Source: Callorhinchus milii
Lineage: Eukaryota
Direction: 5' to 3'
DNA length: 64,000 nucleotides
NCBI RefSeq assembly: GCF_018977255.1
Contig: NW_024704742.1
Coordinates: 59,770,001 to 59,834,000 of the forward strand
Shown: positions 12,619 through 26,402 of the stretch, one piece after another
Layout of the letters: each line of letters begins with the position of its first letter
Numbering within the stretch: the first letter of the stretch is position 1
Position numbers and translations under genes: made by a program
Notes under the pieces: generated by a model
Database searches by the model: none
What the model saw: only the letters and a program-made list of their open reading frames with translations
What the model was told of the DNA's origin: nothing

Positions 12619-13639
12619 TCAAATGAAGTTATGCAGAAAGCAATAGACTGGAGTTAGAAATGTGACGTATAGAAAATTACACAGAGTGTGCCATGGAGGG
12701 ATGGTCAAGACCAGGACAAAGATCTTAAACTCATTCATCTGAGGTCTTAGAGCCAATCCTTTGCAGGATGGAATGATGGGAGTGCCTTGTAGTGAGAAGG
12801 AAAAACATATAATAATCTTTACATTTGTTCTAGCACCTTTCACATCAGGAAAATGACAAACTACTTTGAAGGATATACTATAAAGTGCAATGACTGTAGG
12901 TGTATTTTGCAGGCAAAACACAGCAGCTAATTGGAACAAGCACTTTGAAACATCTTGACAACATGGTAAGGCGCTATATCAAATGCAAGACAATTCTTAT
13001 TATAACAGCTGCTTGTAGCTGGGCTGAAATTCCCTGAAAAAATCCATACACGTACCGTCAATTACAAATAAGAAACTTGCCCTTGAATATTAGTGATGTG
13101 GAGACAAAAAAGCTTGCAAGATGAAATTGTTGCTCACTCATGATGCTGGCAAGTGAGGATATAGATAAGAGAGGAGCTTCAGTGTATACCAGTACAGGAA
13201 ATCTAGCTGTGAGGGATCTTTTAAGATTGAAGGCTTGGTAGTACAATGACAATGTTCGAATCCTATCATAGTTTAGAAATTCTGTTCAAAAATCAAAGTA
13301 GATGAAAATTGTGGAAGGTCTAATAATTTTCTTATGTAGGTACTGTGAACAAAAAACTAAATTAAGTATTGTGTGTCACTGAAAACATTCCAAGTTGAAG
13401 GATTTTTTTGTACAAGTCCACTGAGACTCATCGATTCAGTGGACCTAGATTTTCAAAAGGGAGCTGCTCCACAGCTTCAGCTCAGGAAATAGGAGTGAAT
13501 AACTCCCTGGGGAATCCCATAGATCAGCATTCTCTCTGGTTGTGGATGTCAAAGAGGACAGACCTGAAGTGGAAAGTTGGGTCTGAACATAACAAAACAA
13601 GCTCAGGGGAAGACCATTCAAGGTTTTTCTAAAATTATT

Positions 13640-14220
13640 TTTGGTCAGCCAGGTGTCTGACATGTACCAAAAACAGTATCAAAAGTAGACAGAGTTTCAC
13701 CTACGCATGGAAATTTCCTTGTGAGCTGGAATGCACCCTATCTCCTCAGAGGGATGCATCTCACTTACTTAATTCTTGAGCGTATTAAGCATGTATAAGC
13801 AAGAGGAAAGGCTTGGAGACTCCAAAGTTTGCATTGGGGCATTGCTGGAGTTCAAATGGCTACACCTGCATTGCTTGCCATTGCAAGCACTTTCTGACCA
13901 GTTTGAAACACCCTATCAATTATGCATCTGGTTTGCTCTGTAAACAGGACCAAGTGGGAAAAATCCCTGACCCTAGTGACTGGTCTGCCCCTCGAAGTCC
14001 TGATGATGACCCAGGCTGGCTGATTGTTTATTGGTAGTACATTGTAGTCCTGCAAACCCACCTGGCTCAGGAACTGGTCAGTTGAGACTACCACAAAGGC
14101 TTGTCTTGATCAAGAAAATGCATTGCCAAGCATATCATCTTAGAGCTAGGTCAGCAGGCTGATTACCACTCCCCAAGGATGATAGCCAAAAGTTGATCAT
14201 TTGACACTTGACAAGATGGT
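13640..14220 (+). mobile_element. Ancient RTE-like LINE fragment
   Basis: Shares CCAGGTGTCTGACA, GAGGGATGCATC, GGCTTGGAGAC and TCCCTG.CCC.AGTGACTGGTCTGCCCCT blocks with the other copies. Confidence 0.55.
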
Positions 14221-14902
14221 CTCAAGGCTAAGACAATGAAAAAATGCCGAGAGAAGAAACCCAAAAAAGAATTTGCATAGTAAAAAAACACTAAAAATAG
14301 CAACATCTCCTTTGAGGTACAAGACTTCTACAACTTTATTTCCATAAAAGTGCTTGCATGTACACTTTTCTCTTTATTTAAGCTTTGTGCAAAATCATTT
14401 GAAATATTTAGATACCCACAACCTTTACATTTTCAACACTAAGTCTAGACTGTGAAGAATGAGCTCTCGGGAATGTGAGTAGACTTGTACTAATTGCCCA
14501 AGTTATCCAAAATGACAAGCCAAATTATTTATTGATGAGGTATTTAAATGGAGATATGTGGGACTTTAGCTTGTTTGGAGAAAGATAGCTAGGAAATGAA
14601 TATTTAACATGCTAGCAGACAGCTTGGTCACATGTGGTCAACTCTTATTTCCTTTGGACTCGGAAAAATAATTTCAATTGCAGTAACTTGCTATGGACAG
14701 CAATTAATTTAAGTATTCTGACGTGCATTTTCTCATTAGTTTTCATTTGATTAAATTAGTTATTTATCACAAATCATAGGACATCTACTGTAATATGTGA
14801 GCAGATTATGAACTTTTGTAGATCACTGAATTTAGCTCAGTTCAGTCTTTATCATTTTTAGTGGATTCTTACATTATCTCTAGCTATATTTTATTAGCAA
14901 TA

Positions 14903-14965
14903 ACCCAGGCTGGCTGATTGGTTATTGGTAGTACATTGTAGTCCTGCAAACCCAGGACTACAATG
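14903..14965 (+). repeat. 52-bp local duplication of 14009-14060 plus 13-bp fold-back
   Basis: 14903-14954 matches 14009-14060 with one mismatch; CATTGTAGTCCTG (14934-14946) pairs with CAGGACTACAATG (14953-14965). Confidence 0.9.
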
Positions 14966-16579
14966 GACAGAAACAGAAATTGCTTTGGTGTTATGATTTT
15001 TGATTTTCAAAGACATTTTCTTCCTTACCATGGCTAAAAATGGGTAATCGTCTCCATTGAATCCATTTTAAAAGTCATATTTATCTGAAATTGAAAGAAA
15101 TGTAGGTCTGAAAAGCCCAATTTGGTCTTTCGAGCAAAGTATTTAACGAGAATGCTATAAGATGCTATTCTGCATGAAGGGTGCTATGTTGTTGTCATTG
15201 GGATCACTGAGCAAGGAGAAAGAAGGGAGAATTAAAGGGTGTTGACTGAAGACTTGGTCGAAAACATGTTTTGTAGAGGGTTTTGAAAGACAAAAAGGTT
15301 AAATGATTTTAGGAGAGTGTTCCAAAAAGCTGGGCCTAGTATCTGAAGGCTCAGCTGCAATATAATTTACATAAACCCCTTCACATCCGGAGGATGCCTC
15401 AAAATGCTTCACAGTATTGGATGGGTACCTGAACTTGTGGTTGGAACAGAGGTATGTGGTGCGGGGAAAGATGACCGAAAGTGCAGTTAAAGAGGTAGAA
15501 TTTGAAACACGGCTAAAAGAGGGGAAGAAGGACAGTGTAATCGAGAGATGGAGTTTTATACTGCATGTTTGGAGTTACTGTTATTTTGGCAGGGACTCAC
15601 CACCACGCATAAAGTATGATTAGGAGCTCAATGAATGCCAGTGTGAAAACTTTTAAGCAACCTGTGAATTTTCAGCAAGTTGATTTTTAATGTAATTTAT
15701 ATGTGTCTTTCATGCCTCTTTAATAACATTCAAAGAAAATTACCCAGTTTTGATGCTCTAAGCAAATGCAAAATGTGCCACAGGTAGATTGACAAACATT
15801 GGGAGTTTGTGGTATATCCAGCCTTCATTGAAAGCAACTCAGAGCCGATAGTATAACCGTGACACCCTGCTTTATAGTATACTGCTGGGAGAGAAGCGAT
15901 CTTGCTCCTAGCAATACAACTGCAATGTTCAGAACAGTCAGCACTAAATTAATAGCACTATCATTCCTTCCTTATTTGTGTCTAGCTTGTGTCAAGGTGC
16001 TCTTTCAGTAAAGCACTTTGAGGAACTGATGCTCATTCATTGGCCTGTTTGCCGAGCATCACTGCTATTATCACATCAGTTAAACAAAAAGGTGAACATC
16101 AGTTCTACTTTAAAGTGTTTGATTAAATGATAACATGTGTCCATCAACACACTCAATTACCAGTGCTGATGTCAAAGGTTTTACATCGCCATGGTGACGT
16201 GTCAGGCCAGACAATTTTTCTCCATGAGTTTGCAATGGTGTGATCGGTGACGAGATGTCATTCTACAGTCAATCTCATCTGACACTAAGCAATTATTTTT
16301 ATCTTAGTTTTAGTAAAAGCTCAGCATCACCATCAAAAAAAGCATCTTGAGCAAGAATGTGCTACAGTTCAGTGCAGCGTTAGTTACAGCTCCAGTTAAC
16401 TGTAGCACCTAGTGCAATATATCTAGCACAGTATATACAAGCCTTTCCATAAAGCCTTTCCCTAATATAACTGATTGCACTTAATGGGGTGAAAAATGTA
16501 TCGTTTCATAACAGATATGAAATGATATAATGGAATTTCGGTAGATAATTATCCATTGGCTTTCGGTGCAATTATGCTG

Positions 16580-17030
16580 TATATATTGGAAACAAGAATA
16601 GAGAATGCATCCACTCCATGGATGAGACAGAATTTGCCAAGGGCGAATCTAAACAAGATCTAGGGGTGTTAGTTGACTCATCGCTCACCCTGTCAAAGCA
16701 GTGCAAGGCAGCAATAAACAAAGGCAAACTGAATGCTGGGCTGTTGCCAAATCAGTTGAGTTTCAATCCCCTGAAGTCATAATCAAGCTGCACCAAGAGT
16801 ACTGTTCTTACAATTCTGGTCACAGCAACATAAAATTTGCCCATGCATTAGAGGCAGGGCATAGGAAAGCAACATGGATGATCCTCAATATTGGAGGAAT
16901 GAGCTGTAAGCAATGATTAGACACAATAGGATTCTTTAACATCTTGAAAGTAGACATCTCAGGTGGGACTTTCTAGCTGTATACAAGACTTTTGAGAAAG
17001 GAATCCAGAACAATACCTTTGGATGGACCT
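16580..17030 (+). mobile_element. Old CR1 LINE RT fragment
   Basis: Degenerate DLGVLVDSSLTLSKQC, AAINK, KSVEFQSPEVIIKL and EYC motifs typical of CR1 ORF2. Confidence 0.75.
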
Positions 17031-17594
17031 GTTTGGGTAACAACAACAAAAAGATTACATTTCTATAGCGCCTTTCATGTCGGGAGGACCTCCCAAGGCG
17101 CTGAAACTGCTTAAACCTTCAAATTCTTAAATTCATTCTGAATTTGGGAAAAAGAATATACTTTAAATTTTTTCTTTTTTAAAAAAAAACAGCAGAAAAC
17201 TGGCTTTGAAACTTGCCCCCCTCACCCCAATTTATGTGCCCGGTCTGAAGCACTTTGAAATGTCTTTCCTACATGAAAGGTGCTGTGTGAATATATATTG
17301 TATTGTAAGGCTGAAATAAAAAATATACCAGTTGAAAAGATTGCCAAAATTTGTTTTCAAAATTGAAGCATGTTGAATTTCTTCATTTGTCAGACAAAAG
17401 AGATATAAATAGAAATAAAAGACCAGATGACCAAAATAAACAAGAGTTCTAAATTCAATTTGAAGAAATTAAGTTTAAAACAAATTTTATTAAAATATTT
17501 TAAGTTTAATTATTTTGGTCAAAAAGATAAAGAATATTTTGTCTAGGAACACCTTAATAGGTAACATGATATCCTAGCCAATAAATCCCCTAAA

Positions 17595-17772
17595 TAAAAT
17601 TGGTCACTCATTCCATGGCTGCCTGTGGGACATTGCTATGTGCAACTGGCCTCCGCATTTCACTCACAAAATTCACTTTCAATCCCTTTACAGTATATCC
17701 TGTGAATTGCTTTGAGACATCTTGACAATGTGATAAGACACTATATCAAATGCAAGGATTATTATAATTATC
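17595..17772 (+). mobile_element. tRNA/Deu SINE, 3' fragment
   Basis: TTGGTCACTCA...GTGGGACATTGCTATGTGCAA...TTGAGACATCTTGACAATGTGATAAGAC...GCAAGGATTATT. Confidence 0.8.
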
Positions 17773-19274
17773 TTAGCATACTTACCCAACATCTACAAGT
17801 CACAGTAAAAAATCCTGTGTTGCACTTTAAAATGATTTGATGATGTGTTAAGGTGCTGTATCTAACACAAGGATTATTTCAGTTTAAGTGATGCTGAATT
17901 GGATTAAATGGGTTGCGAGTGTACATCACCATGGCCTGTCATAACACATCACTCCTAACCTTCACTGATGTTGACAACGCTGGAAGCACATCACCTTCTT
18001 TCTTCAGTGCTCAACAGTTTTAAAAACAAAATGTAATTTTTAATAAATGTCATGCTTATTAAATCATCTAATTTTTATGTTCTATACGAACAAAATGCAG
18101 AATGAGGAACAATTGGACACAGAGTTCATTCTACACACAAGTCCTTCACAACCTATTTGTCACTTCATTACTTCTATAATGAAGGAGTCCGCACTTGTGG
18201 GATAAACTGGTTCCCTCACTATTCCCCGTTATGCATCTTCATCTCATTATTGGTCTCATTTATCAGAGGAATGGTTCATTTGTTTTATTTAACACTTCGC
18301 CCTTATGGGTTCCATCTGTTGTTCAAAGAATATTGAGCTTCCCTCGGCAATCCACTGCTCATCTTATACTAGTCAGTAACAGACACTCTGCTGCAGTGGT
18401 TACAGTGCAGCTGTTGAAATGTTCAAATCTGCTTCAGACCCAATCTTCTTGCCAAAGTCTGGGTGGGGGTTGGAGGGAGAGTTATATCAGTGATCAAATA
18501 TTAACCCAGCAAAATTGTAGTGTTTCTTCATTAAGTTGTTCTGACCACTACAATGTTAACCCTTTCTTTTGATCAATAAATACAATTGTTATGAAGGGAA
18601 CTTACTGGATTAGGATAATTGGTATTTTTCCTATTTAGTATTCAATTAATCCTCGCTTCTTCTCTGTTTCTGTATTAAGTCTGTCCTCAGTGTCTTTTCC
18701 CTTCCTCTTCTCATTCCTTGCAAATATTTGATTTTTGTAGTGTGAATGTCTTCTGTTTAGAGGATTAGAGATGTAAAGTTGACAAACTACATAAAAATTG
18801 AAAGTTAGTTGAGCCAAGTATGTATTATGAAGTTGCTTAAAACATTTTATTTGCTAGTACTGAACATTAAGAATTTCTATTGATACATTAACAGAATATC
18901 TATTAGAAAATGGCAGAAATGCCTACTCCCTGGAGTACTGATAGAAAATAGTGTATAATCCATCTGAGTTAATGTAAAGACTATTGTTCTACTTAACTCT
19001 ATTACCTGTATGTCAAAATAATGTCAATTGGTTTTGTGTATTGTCCAGATCTCCAGCCGAATATAAAGTTTGATGAAGGCCCAATATTAAGAATATTGTA
19101 ATTATAGACCAGCATAAATTATAGTTTTGTCCTTACTCAGAGAATAAGGCATCAATCAACTCATTCCCATGGATCATGTAAGTTATTATTATGTTAAGCT
19201 GTTTGGGTGTTTGGGTTTGGGTGATGTCAGATTGTTATTAATCGTTATTGACACACCAATCAGATGGTGCAGAG

Positions 19275-19415
19275 ATTGAAGTTGTGTGCTGAGTTAGCTA
19301 GTTTCAGCCGGAGACAGCATTTGGGATGCTAAAATTGGGCTTGGCATCCTTGGGTTAGAGTGAAGATCAGCCAATACTTTTGAATCTGACTGCATTCCAT
19401 AGACCCCTGCTGGAA
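19275..19415 (+). mobile_element. AmnSINE2-like ancient SINE fragment
   Basis: TGTGCTGAGTTAGCTAGTTTCAGC...GATGCTAAAATTGG...ATCAGCCA...GACCCCTGCTGGAAA resembles the AmnSINE2 core as I recall it; related copy at 54490-54620. Confidence 0.4.
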
Positions 19416-19639
19416 AACCTCAGCTGTTACACCTCTTCTTTCTCCACCAGGTGTGAAGGAATTTGTTGATGAGGGTCAGGACATGGAAATCAAACTGGAG
19501 TGGTGGACCTATGGAATTTGGTGTGGTTGAGCATGCAGGCAGTCGAGTTTTAGATGTGTTGAAGTTGATGGATGGCGGTGCTCGGGAGACCAGGGAAGAG
19601 ACCAAGGAAGAGAGGAAAGAGAAAATTGATTGCAAATAA

Positions 19640-20035
19640 ATAAAAATAATCTTTGAACTTGATACAACACCCTATAATATTGAAAACATCTCAAAGTGCT
19701 TCACAGAATATTTTGTAAATTACGCTAAATGTATTTGTAATGTAAATCCTATTTACAAACAGCCATGAAGTGAATAACTAACTTTTTAAAAATCTGCCCA
19801 GGACACAAGGAGAAAACCCCTTTTCTTTCTGAATAGAGCCATGGGATCTTTAACATTCACCTGAACAGATAGAGAAGGCTTCGGTTTAAAGTCTCATCTG
19901 AAGGACAGCATTCCTCCAACACTGCACTGGAGTGTCAGCCTGAAATGTGGGCTCAAAGATCCCGACAAGGAGCTTGAACCCCAAACCTTCAGACACGGTG
20001 ACAAGACTGCTACCAACTGAACCGGCCAGACATCT
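19640..20035 (-). mobile_element. Old Deu-domain SINE
   Basis: Reverse complement of the head (CTTGAACCC), CACTGCACTGGAGTGTCAGCCT, TCTCATCTGAAGGACAGCA, GCCATGGGATCTTTAAC and tail. Confidence 0.75.
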
Positions 20036-23000
20036 AAAGTATAACAATACTCATGTTATAAAGCACAACGCTCATTCCTTCATGCAATAGGGTCATAGTG
20101 CGGGTATCCTATTATTAATAAAAGTGTGACAGTAAATTCTGTGAAGCACTTTGAGAAGATGTGATAAGGCGCTATATCAAATGCAAGGATTATTATTATT
20201 ATTGTTCATTCTTTTCCTATTTTACTTTGTATTAATTGGGTCTAAACTTGTATTATTTTCAGAGACAAGTTACAGTCTTCAAAGAGTGACACTGACTAGG
20301 GTTTGAGCAGCGAGGAATTTTAGCAGAACCTTAAGGATAAGTCAAACTGATATCCCGGTATATATTATTGCTTCCCAGAACATTTATAACATTTTCTTCA
20401 GTGTGCTATGTAAAAAATATCTTCTTGTGCTGGTTGCACTCAGCACATCTCGTTCTCTTCTGCTGACACCTCAGTCTATTACCTCATGCAGTTTTCTGCA
20501 GTCATTTTTACAATTTAGTTTTTTTCCCCCCCACTAGCTGATTATCTACTTTGTCTTCAAATAGCATCAATGTTTTTATCCACATGACATCCATTAGGAG
20601 CGCACATTTGTTGACTGATTCTATAATTCCTTCACATGCATTTAATTAACTATAGTTAGATATAGCTTGATATTTCAGCAAATATACATTTTTTAAAAAA
20701 AAATTGTTTTCAACCATTCCTTTTGTAATTACAGTTCTGCAAAGAGTAAAGTGTAGAAAAGCTTTATCTAATCTCTGCTAGGTCAAAGGAGAGCATCACT
20801 TAAGTTTAGCATTTGTGTGATGATATTGCAAAATGTTGGTGGGAGGTAAAATAGCTTTACTTTGTATATAGTGCAGATGGAAATTAAGTCAAAGCTATAA
20901 AAAATGAAACTCACACGTGAATAGGAATGTAACATTATTAGAAAAATAAAATTCCTATTTAACTAATAGCTCAAAAAAAAAAGATTTTCCCTCTCTAGAA
21001 GGACCAAAAACAGTGGGGATGGGGATTTGGGAAATGTTGCAGAGTGATAAGACAGGAGCACCAAGTTGCCATTTAACTGCTCACTGAATCAAGACTCAGT
21101 GGGGCACCACTAAATGTTCACCTCTCAACTCTGTGGTATCAAGTTCACCTTTTTACAAAGACCACGCTTAATCTGTGTGGAATGAACTTGTGAGAATTCA
21201 CCATGAACTCTTGCGGTGTTAAATTGAGGACAACGTTAGGCCACGGGCCAGCAGGTGGGAGTGCTTCAAGCCAACTGACCCAGAACACCTTCAATCAGAG
21301 AGCTGAGCAGCACTGACTATTTTAATACCATCAGATTGAGAACTATTCTAATGGTTGAAATGGTCTCTACACTGAAGGCAATCGTGCCACGGATTATCTC
21401 AACTTGGATCAAATAAATAAAACAATATCCCACAACAGGAGTGGCAAATACTGAATGCTACCGGCAACCTGAAGCCAATCATAGCAATCTACGGCAATTC
21501 CTCTGACAGGATATGCTAAATCCTATGCAACTGCAGCTGAGAATGTCATGTTTTTTAACTCGCCCCCACCCCCCCATTCTTTTTGAGGCTAAATTTATTG
21601 TAATTATATTTATTTAATCTCCCCAGAAGTAAATGGCTCCAAGTTATCCTCTAATATCTTGGAAATCAGTCAATCAAGCCATTCCTGTCCGCACATGACA
21701 TCCAGATAATAAAAAATCTTGCTCATAGTGCTGGGAAAGGGCAAACTTTCCATGTCTAAACCCATTGTGCGGTCAGCTCTTTATCAACTTTGAAAAGCAA
21801 ACACCTGCAACATGATATGTCTCGTGGACTCAGCCTTAAGATCTTCAAATATTAAAATTTTGCAGGATTTTGGAAAATTCTTCAATTCAGTTGATTTTCT
21901 GCAGTTCTTTTTTAAGCCCTCCAGGGGAAAAATGTTTCTCAGAAAAAAAGAGTGAATTTAGGAATTCTCCAAATATTCTTAACTTTTAACTCTTAAGGCT
22001 AAAACCATGAAAGGTCTCATGTTCCCAATTTGAAGTTCTATACTTTCACCAAGTTACACATACAATCTGAGAATTTGAAGTCTTAATATGTAGACTGACT
22101 TTTCCCAATAATACACACCAATTATAATGCTGGCAGGGTATTGTATGGTTGTAATAACATTTTATTTCTGACTCAGCAATGTAGACAGAGGAGTGCTTGA
22201 TGTCATTCTGTGAATCTCAATAGGTCTAATCTCTGCTACCGTAAAGACAAACGCTATATTGAATTCAATGTAATGGAAGATTTAACACAACATATTATTA
22301 GCAGAATCAATATGGGGTCCAAATTGTGGCATTCCTCAACACATTCCATTCTATTGAAGAAGCGTCATTGAAATGTGTTTGAAAATAATAACCCTCCCCC
22401 ACACCTTTGGAATAATGTTAATGTCCAAATCTGACTGTAGAATACTCTGAGCTCCTATTTTAAAATTCTCACTAAGCGAGGGTAGCTTTCATATTGAATA
22501 GGACAGACACCAGGAATTATTTCTTTACCCAGAGGGTAGATATTGGGACGTCTTCCAGACATGAAAGGTACGATACAAATGTAATTTGTTGTCGTTAATT
22601 AACAACTGAAACAGGTTGTCAAGAAGGTTGCTGAGCCCAAGACACTGGACTCATTTACACAGCTTGATGTTTTGATGTTGTGATGTTTGTTTGAAGGATT
22701 AGGGAGAGTAGTGCCCTGCCCTACCACAGTGCATTATAACACTGACGGTAACTTAAACAGATGTCACAACTAAATTCTTGCCAGAATCAGCTCCATTGGC
22801 TGTCAAGAGAAGGAAACAAATCTCTCTTTGTTGTATTCACTCAAGATTTAAGGATTTAGACAAGCCTCTATTATTCTTGGTTCCACAAATGAGCCATGCA
22901 CTGCAAACACAGACAAATGCAATTATTCTATAATGAATCCGATTCCGGATTATTTCTCTATCCCATTCTTCTGCTCTTTTAACTTTTTCTATTGTGGTAC

Positions 23001-23649
23001 AGGTGCAATTCCAGTCACAAGCCGATAAAGCTGATCGACTTTGTTTCAAGTGCACATGATCACTGGCTGTCAGAGTGGCTTTCTTTATACAACCTCTTCA
23101 TCTCCCTCTGGGCTTTCAGGAAAATTGCAATAGACATTCGAAACAATGATCATGACAGTCACTTTGAGCTGTGGGCAGTGCTTCCTGTCAGAATACTTGT
23201 GTTAAAAAACACACAGCAACCTTTTTCTGCATTTTCCTCACAATTCTAATGCACCTGACAACAGCATTGGCATTAAAATCATATTATTTCATAATTTGAC
23301 TATTTCTACGCAGCGACATATACCAGCATTACACAATATAGGTACAGTATTTAGTATTCTTTCAATTAACAAGTGCTTAAAGCATATATGGGGCAATAAC
23401 ATTGTCATGTTATGAACAAAAAGTACCCATTTGCTTACTTATATTGGGCTTCAAGACATTATCCTTGATGAAGGGTGCTATATCAAGGTAAGATATTGTT
23501 GTTGTTTATCTCTAATACATACTAAGCTGATTTGTTCCACTGTGAGCTCAGTTAGAGGAAGAAACACTTTTAGAATTCAACATAATTTAGAGAGTGAAAT
23601 TACACAAGTCATGGTGAAAAAAAGTACAACATTCTGAAGCCCTAATCCA

Positions 23650-23825
23650 TCAAAAAATTGGTCACTCAACCCACGACTGTTTATGGGACACTGATGTGTG
23701 CATTTAGCTGCCACATTTAACCCACAAAAACAGTGAATCCTCTTCATAATATATTCTGTAAAGTGCTTTGAGACATCTCAAAGATACATAAGACGCAAAA
23801 TCAAATGCAAGGATTATAATTGTTA
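23650..23825 (+). mobile_element. tRNA/Deu SINE, 3' fragment
   Basis: Same 3' body and GCAAGGATTAT tail as the other copies. Confidence 0.8.
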
Positions 23826-26231
23826 ATATACAGTCAGATCGAAAATATAACAGTCAAATGCATTTGCCAAAAAAATGACCCTTGCCCCAACTGGAAGGGC
23901 ATCACAGTGACCCATGGTAGTTCCACTATGGAGGTGGAAAAGTCAGAACAACGTTCCTGCTAGTTAGGATGATGTATTTCTGATTACTATCAGAAGTTGC
24001 TATTTGGAGCAACTAATACAAATATTGTGGATCTCTTTGTTTTTCAAATTGTAACACACAAATTGGACATAATTGAAGTCTTAACATGTTAGCAAAGTTT
24101 TTTTTAAAATAGTATTTCCTGGAAACTATTTTGCCCCAAGACTATGTGAATTTAAAATCCGAATATGGGACTTGAACCCACAACACTACTCCCCCAGAGT
24201 AATTGTTCATTTCAGCCTCCAACTCAAATTTTGTTCCCAAGTAGATACTTGCCCATTTCTTTCCTGAAAGAAATAATAGATGCAATATGAAGTGCTCTTG
24301 TTGGTAGTGTGTTCTATATATCCAATCCTCTCTGGAGACTAGAAAAAAATATTCCATTCTCTTGTCCTACTTGAGACAGTTCATTTTAAACCTATGACCC
24401 TCCAGGATTGCTCTCATATCCAACTCAAATCACGTGCTTACATTTAAAATTCTCAAAGGTGCAAGTTGTGTAAAGACCTGAATCACAGATCTCCTTTTTT
24501 TCTCCACAACGGAAAAGAAGCTCAATTGTGAGAGCATCTTCTTATTCTCTCAAAACTTATTTTTCACCTCCAAGAGTTCAACCACACTACATTCTTGCAG
24601 ACTACTTGTCCAACTTTTGATCATTGCTCTTCTTCCTGGTGGAAAGATACACATTCTTTAGAAGTGCTATCATTAAGTCTAATAACTTCAGAGTGGAGCC
24701 AAACATGCATTCCTGAGGGTTGTTTGTGAGGCATTGCTTAGTGCAAACTGGTTGTTGCATTTGCCCTCAAAATATGTAGTCACTTGACTTTATAGTAAAT
24801 CCGTTGAAGCACTCAGATATCCTGTTGATATGAAATGTGCTTTTCAAATGCAAGGATTCTAATTCTTAGGTTATTTTTGAACACGCTCTGCTCAATAAAC
24901 TGTAAAAATATATTTAATTAGGTTATTTAAAACCAAAATGTCTAATGACAAACTCATGATCAGGAAGGTTGGATGGCAGAAGATTGTAGATTAATGCTGG
25001 AGCAAGGAATTGAGGCATTTAGTGTCAGCTGTGAAGCGGTTTGAGGCATCTCACAGACGTGATAAGGTGCTATATCACATGCAAGTATTATTATTATTAT
25101 TTGAAGGTGATGAACAATGTGAAGTCAATTCACTGGGGGATAGAAAGCCAGTGGAGTCTGCAAAGATGGGGGAGGTTGATCGACTCACAGAGCCTTGTGT
25201 GGGCAAAAGGTAGGCTGCGGAGTTCTGGCTAAATTATAATTATAATTCTGGATAAATTATATCAAATCAATTATAAATTGTCACACATTTATCCACTATA
25301 TTTAAAATGTGTCCTCAAGTTAAGGAGGCAGATTTGCAGGAATTCTGTCCTATGCAAACAGCATAAATTATTACAAGATGACGAATATGTTCTGTATAAA
25401 AAAAATCCATTTCAATTAATGAAGACAAATAAAAATCTATGTTAACACTACGATACCCTATCCCATATAAATGCAAGTTGTTGTTGTATAAATCTAAGGC
25501 CCAACATTATTATCCTTATTTTTATCACCATTAGCATTGTTATTGTCAACCAATTGTTATTCTCAAACAAATAAATCCTGACCATCTTTTTTTAGAAAAC
25601 TGCAATAGGTAGAAATGCTACTGTGGAAAGTGAACACGTGTTGATTGTTAATTTCTCTTTCCTCTCAGGAGACAAGGCTTTGAGACAGCTAAATTCAATG
25701 AAATTCGTTTAAGACAGTCAGCCAAATCGCTTCATTATCTGACATACTAATCACCCAGAAATTCCTGCTAACCATTCTCCATGCAAGCAGATTTTTCTCA
25801 TTAGAGTGGAAATATCTTTAATTTAGAGCACCAACTGGATTTAATTTTAATTTATAAAAGATAATTACACCGAATGATGTAAAAAGTAGTGAAGCCTTAC
25901 AGTTAATTTACAGAATTAATTTGAAATAATCGTAGACTCATTGTGTTGTAATTGGGCAGAAAGATGGAGACAAAAAAAGTGGAAAGCACATTTGAAAATG
26001 ATTGAAATTTTACTCTATTTTGAAAGATAACAACTGGAACGTCTCGTCTGTAAAATTAGTAGCAGCAGCATACTCAGCTCATTTAAGAAGTGGCTTGCTC
26101 CTGCAATGGAAAGACAGTGGGCATTCAGCAAGGATGAGTTCAAATGACCAGAGGGCATTATCCAAAACTTCTGTATCATGAATGATAATAGGACCAATTT
26201 TGTGATTTTTCTTAATGGCATTTCTTATTTA

Positions 26232-26402
26232 ATAATCATCATAATAATAATCCTTGCGTTTGATAGAGCGCTGTTTCACGTCATTGAGACATCTGAAAGC
26301 ACGTCACAGAATATAATGTAAAGTGGATTGACTATGAATGAAATGCCAGTTGCAGTATCCCACAAATAGTCGTGGAGTCATTGACCAATTTTTATTTAGG
26401 GG
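26232..26402 (-). mobile_element. tRNA/Deu SINE, 3' fragment
   Basis: AATAATCCTTGCGTTTGATAGAGCGC...CCCACAAATAGTCGTGGA...TGACCAATT. Confidence 0.75.
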
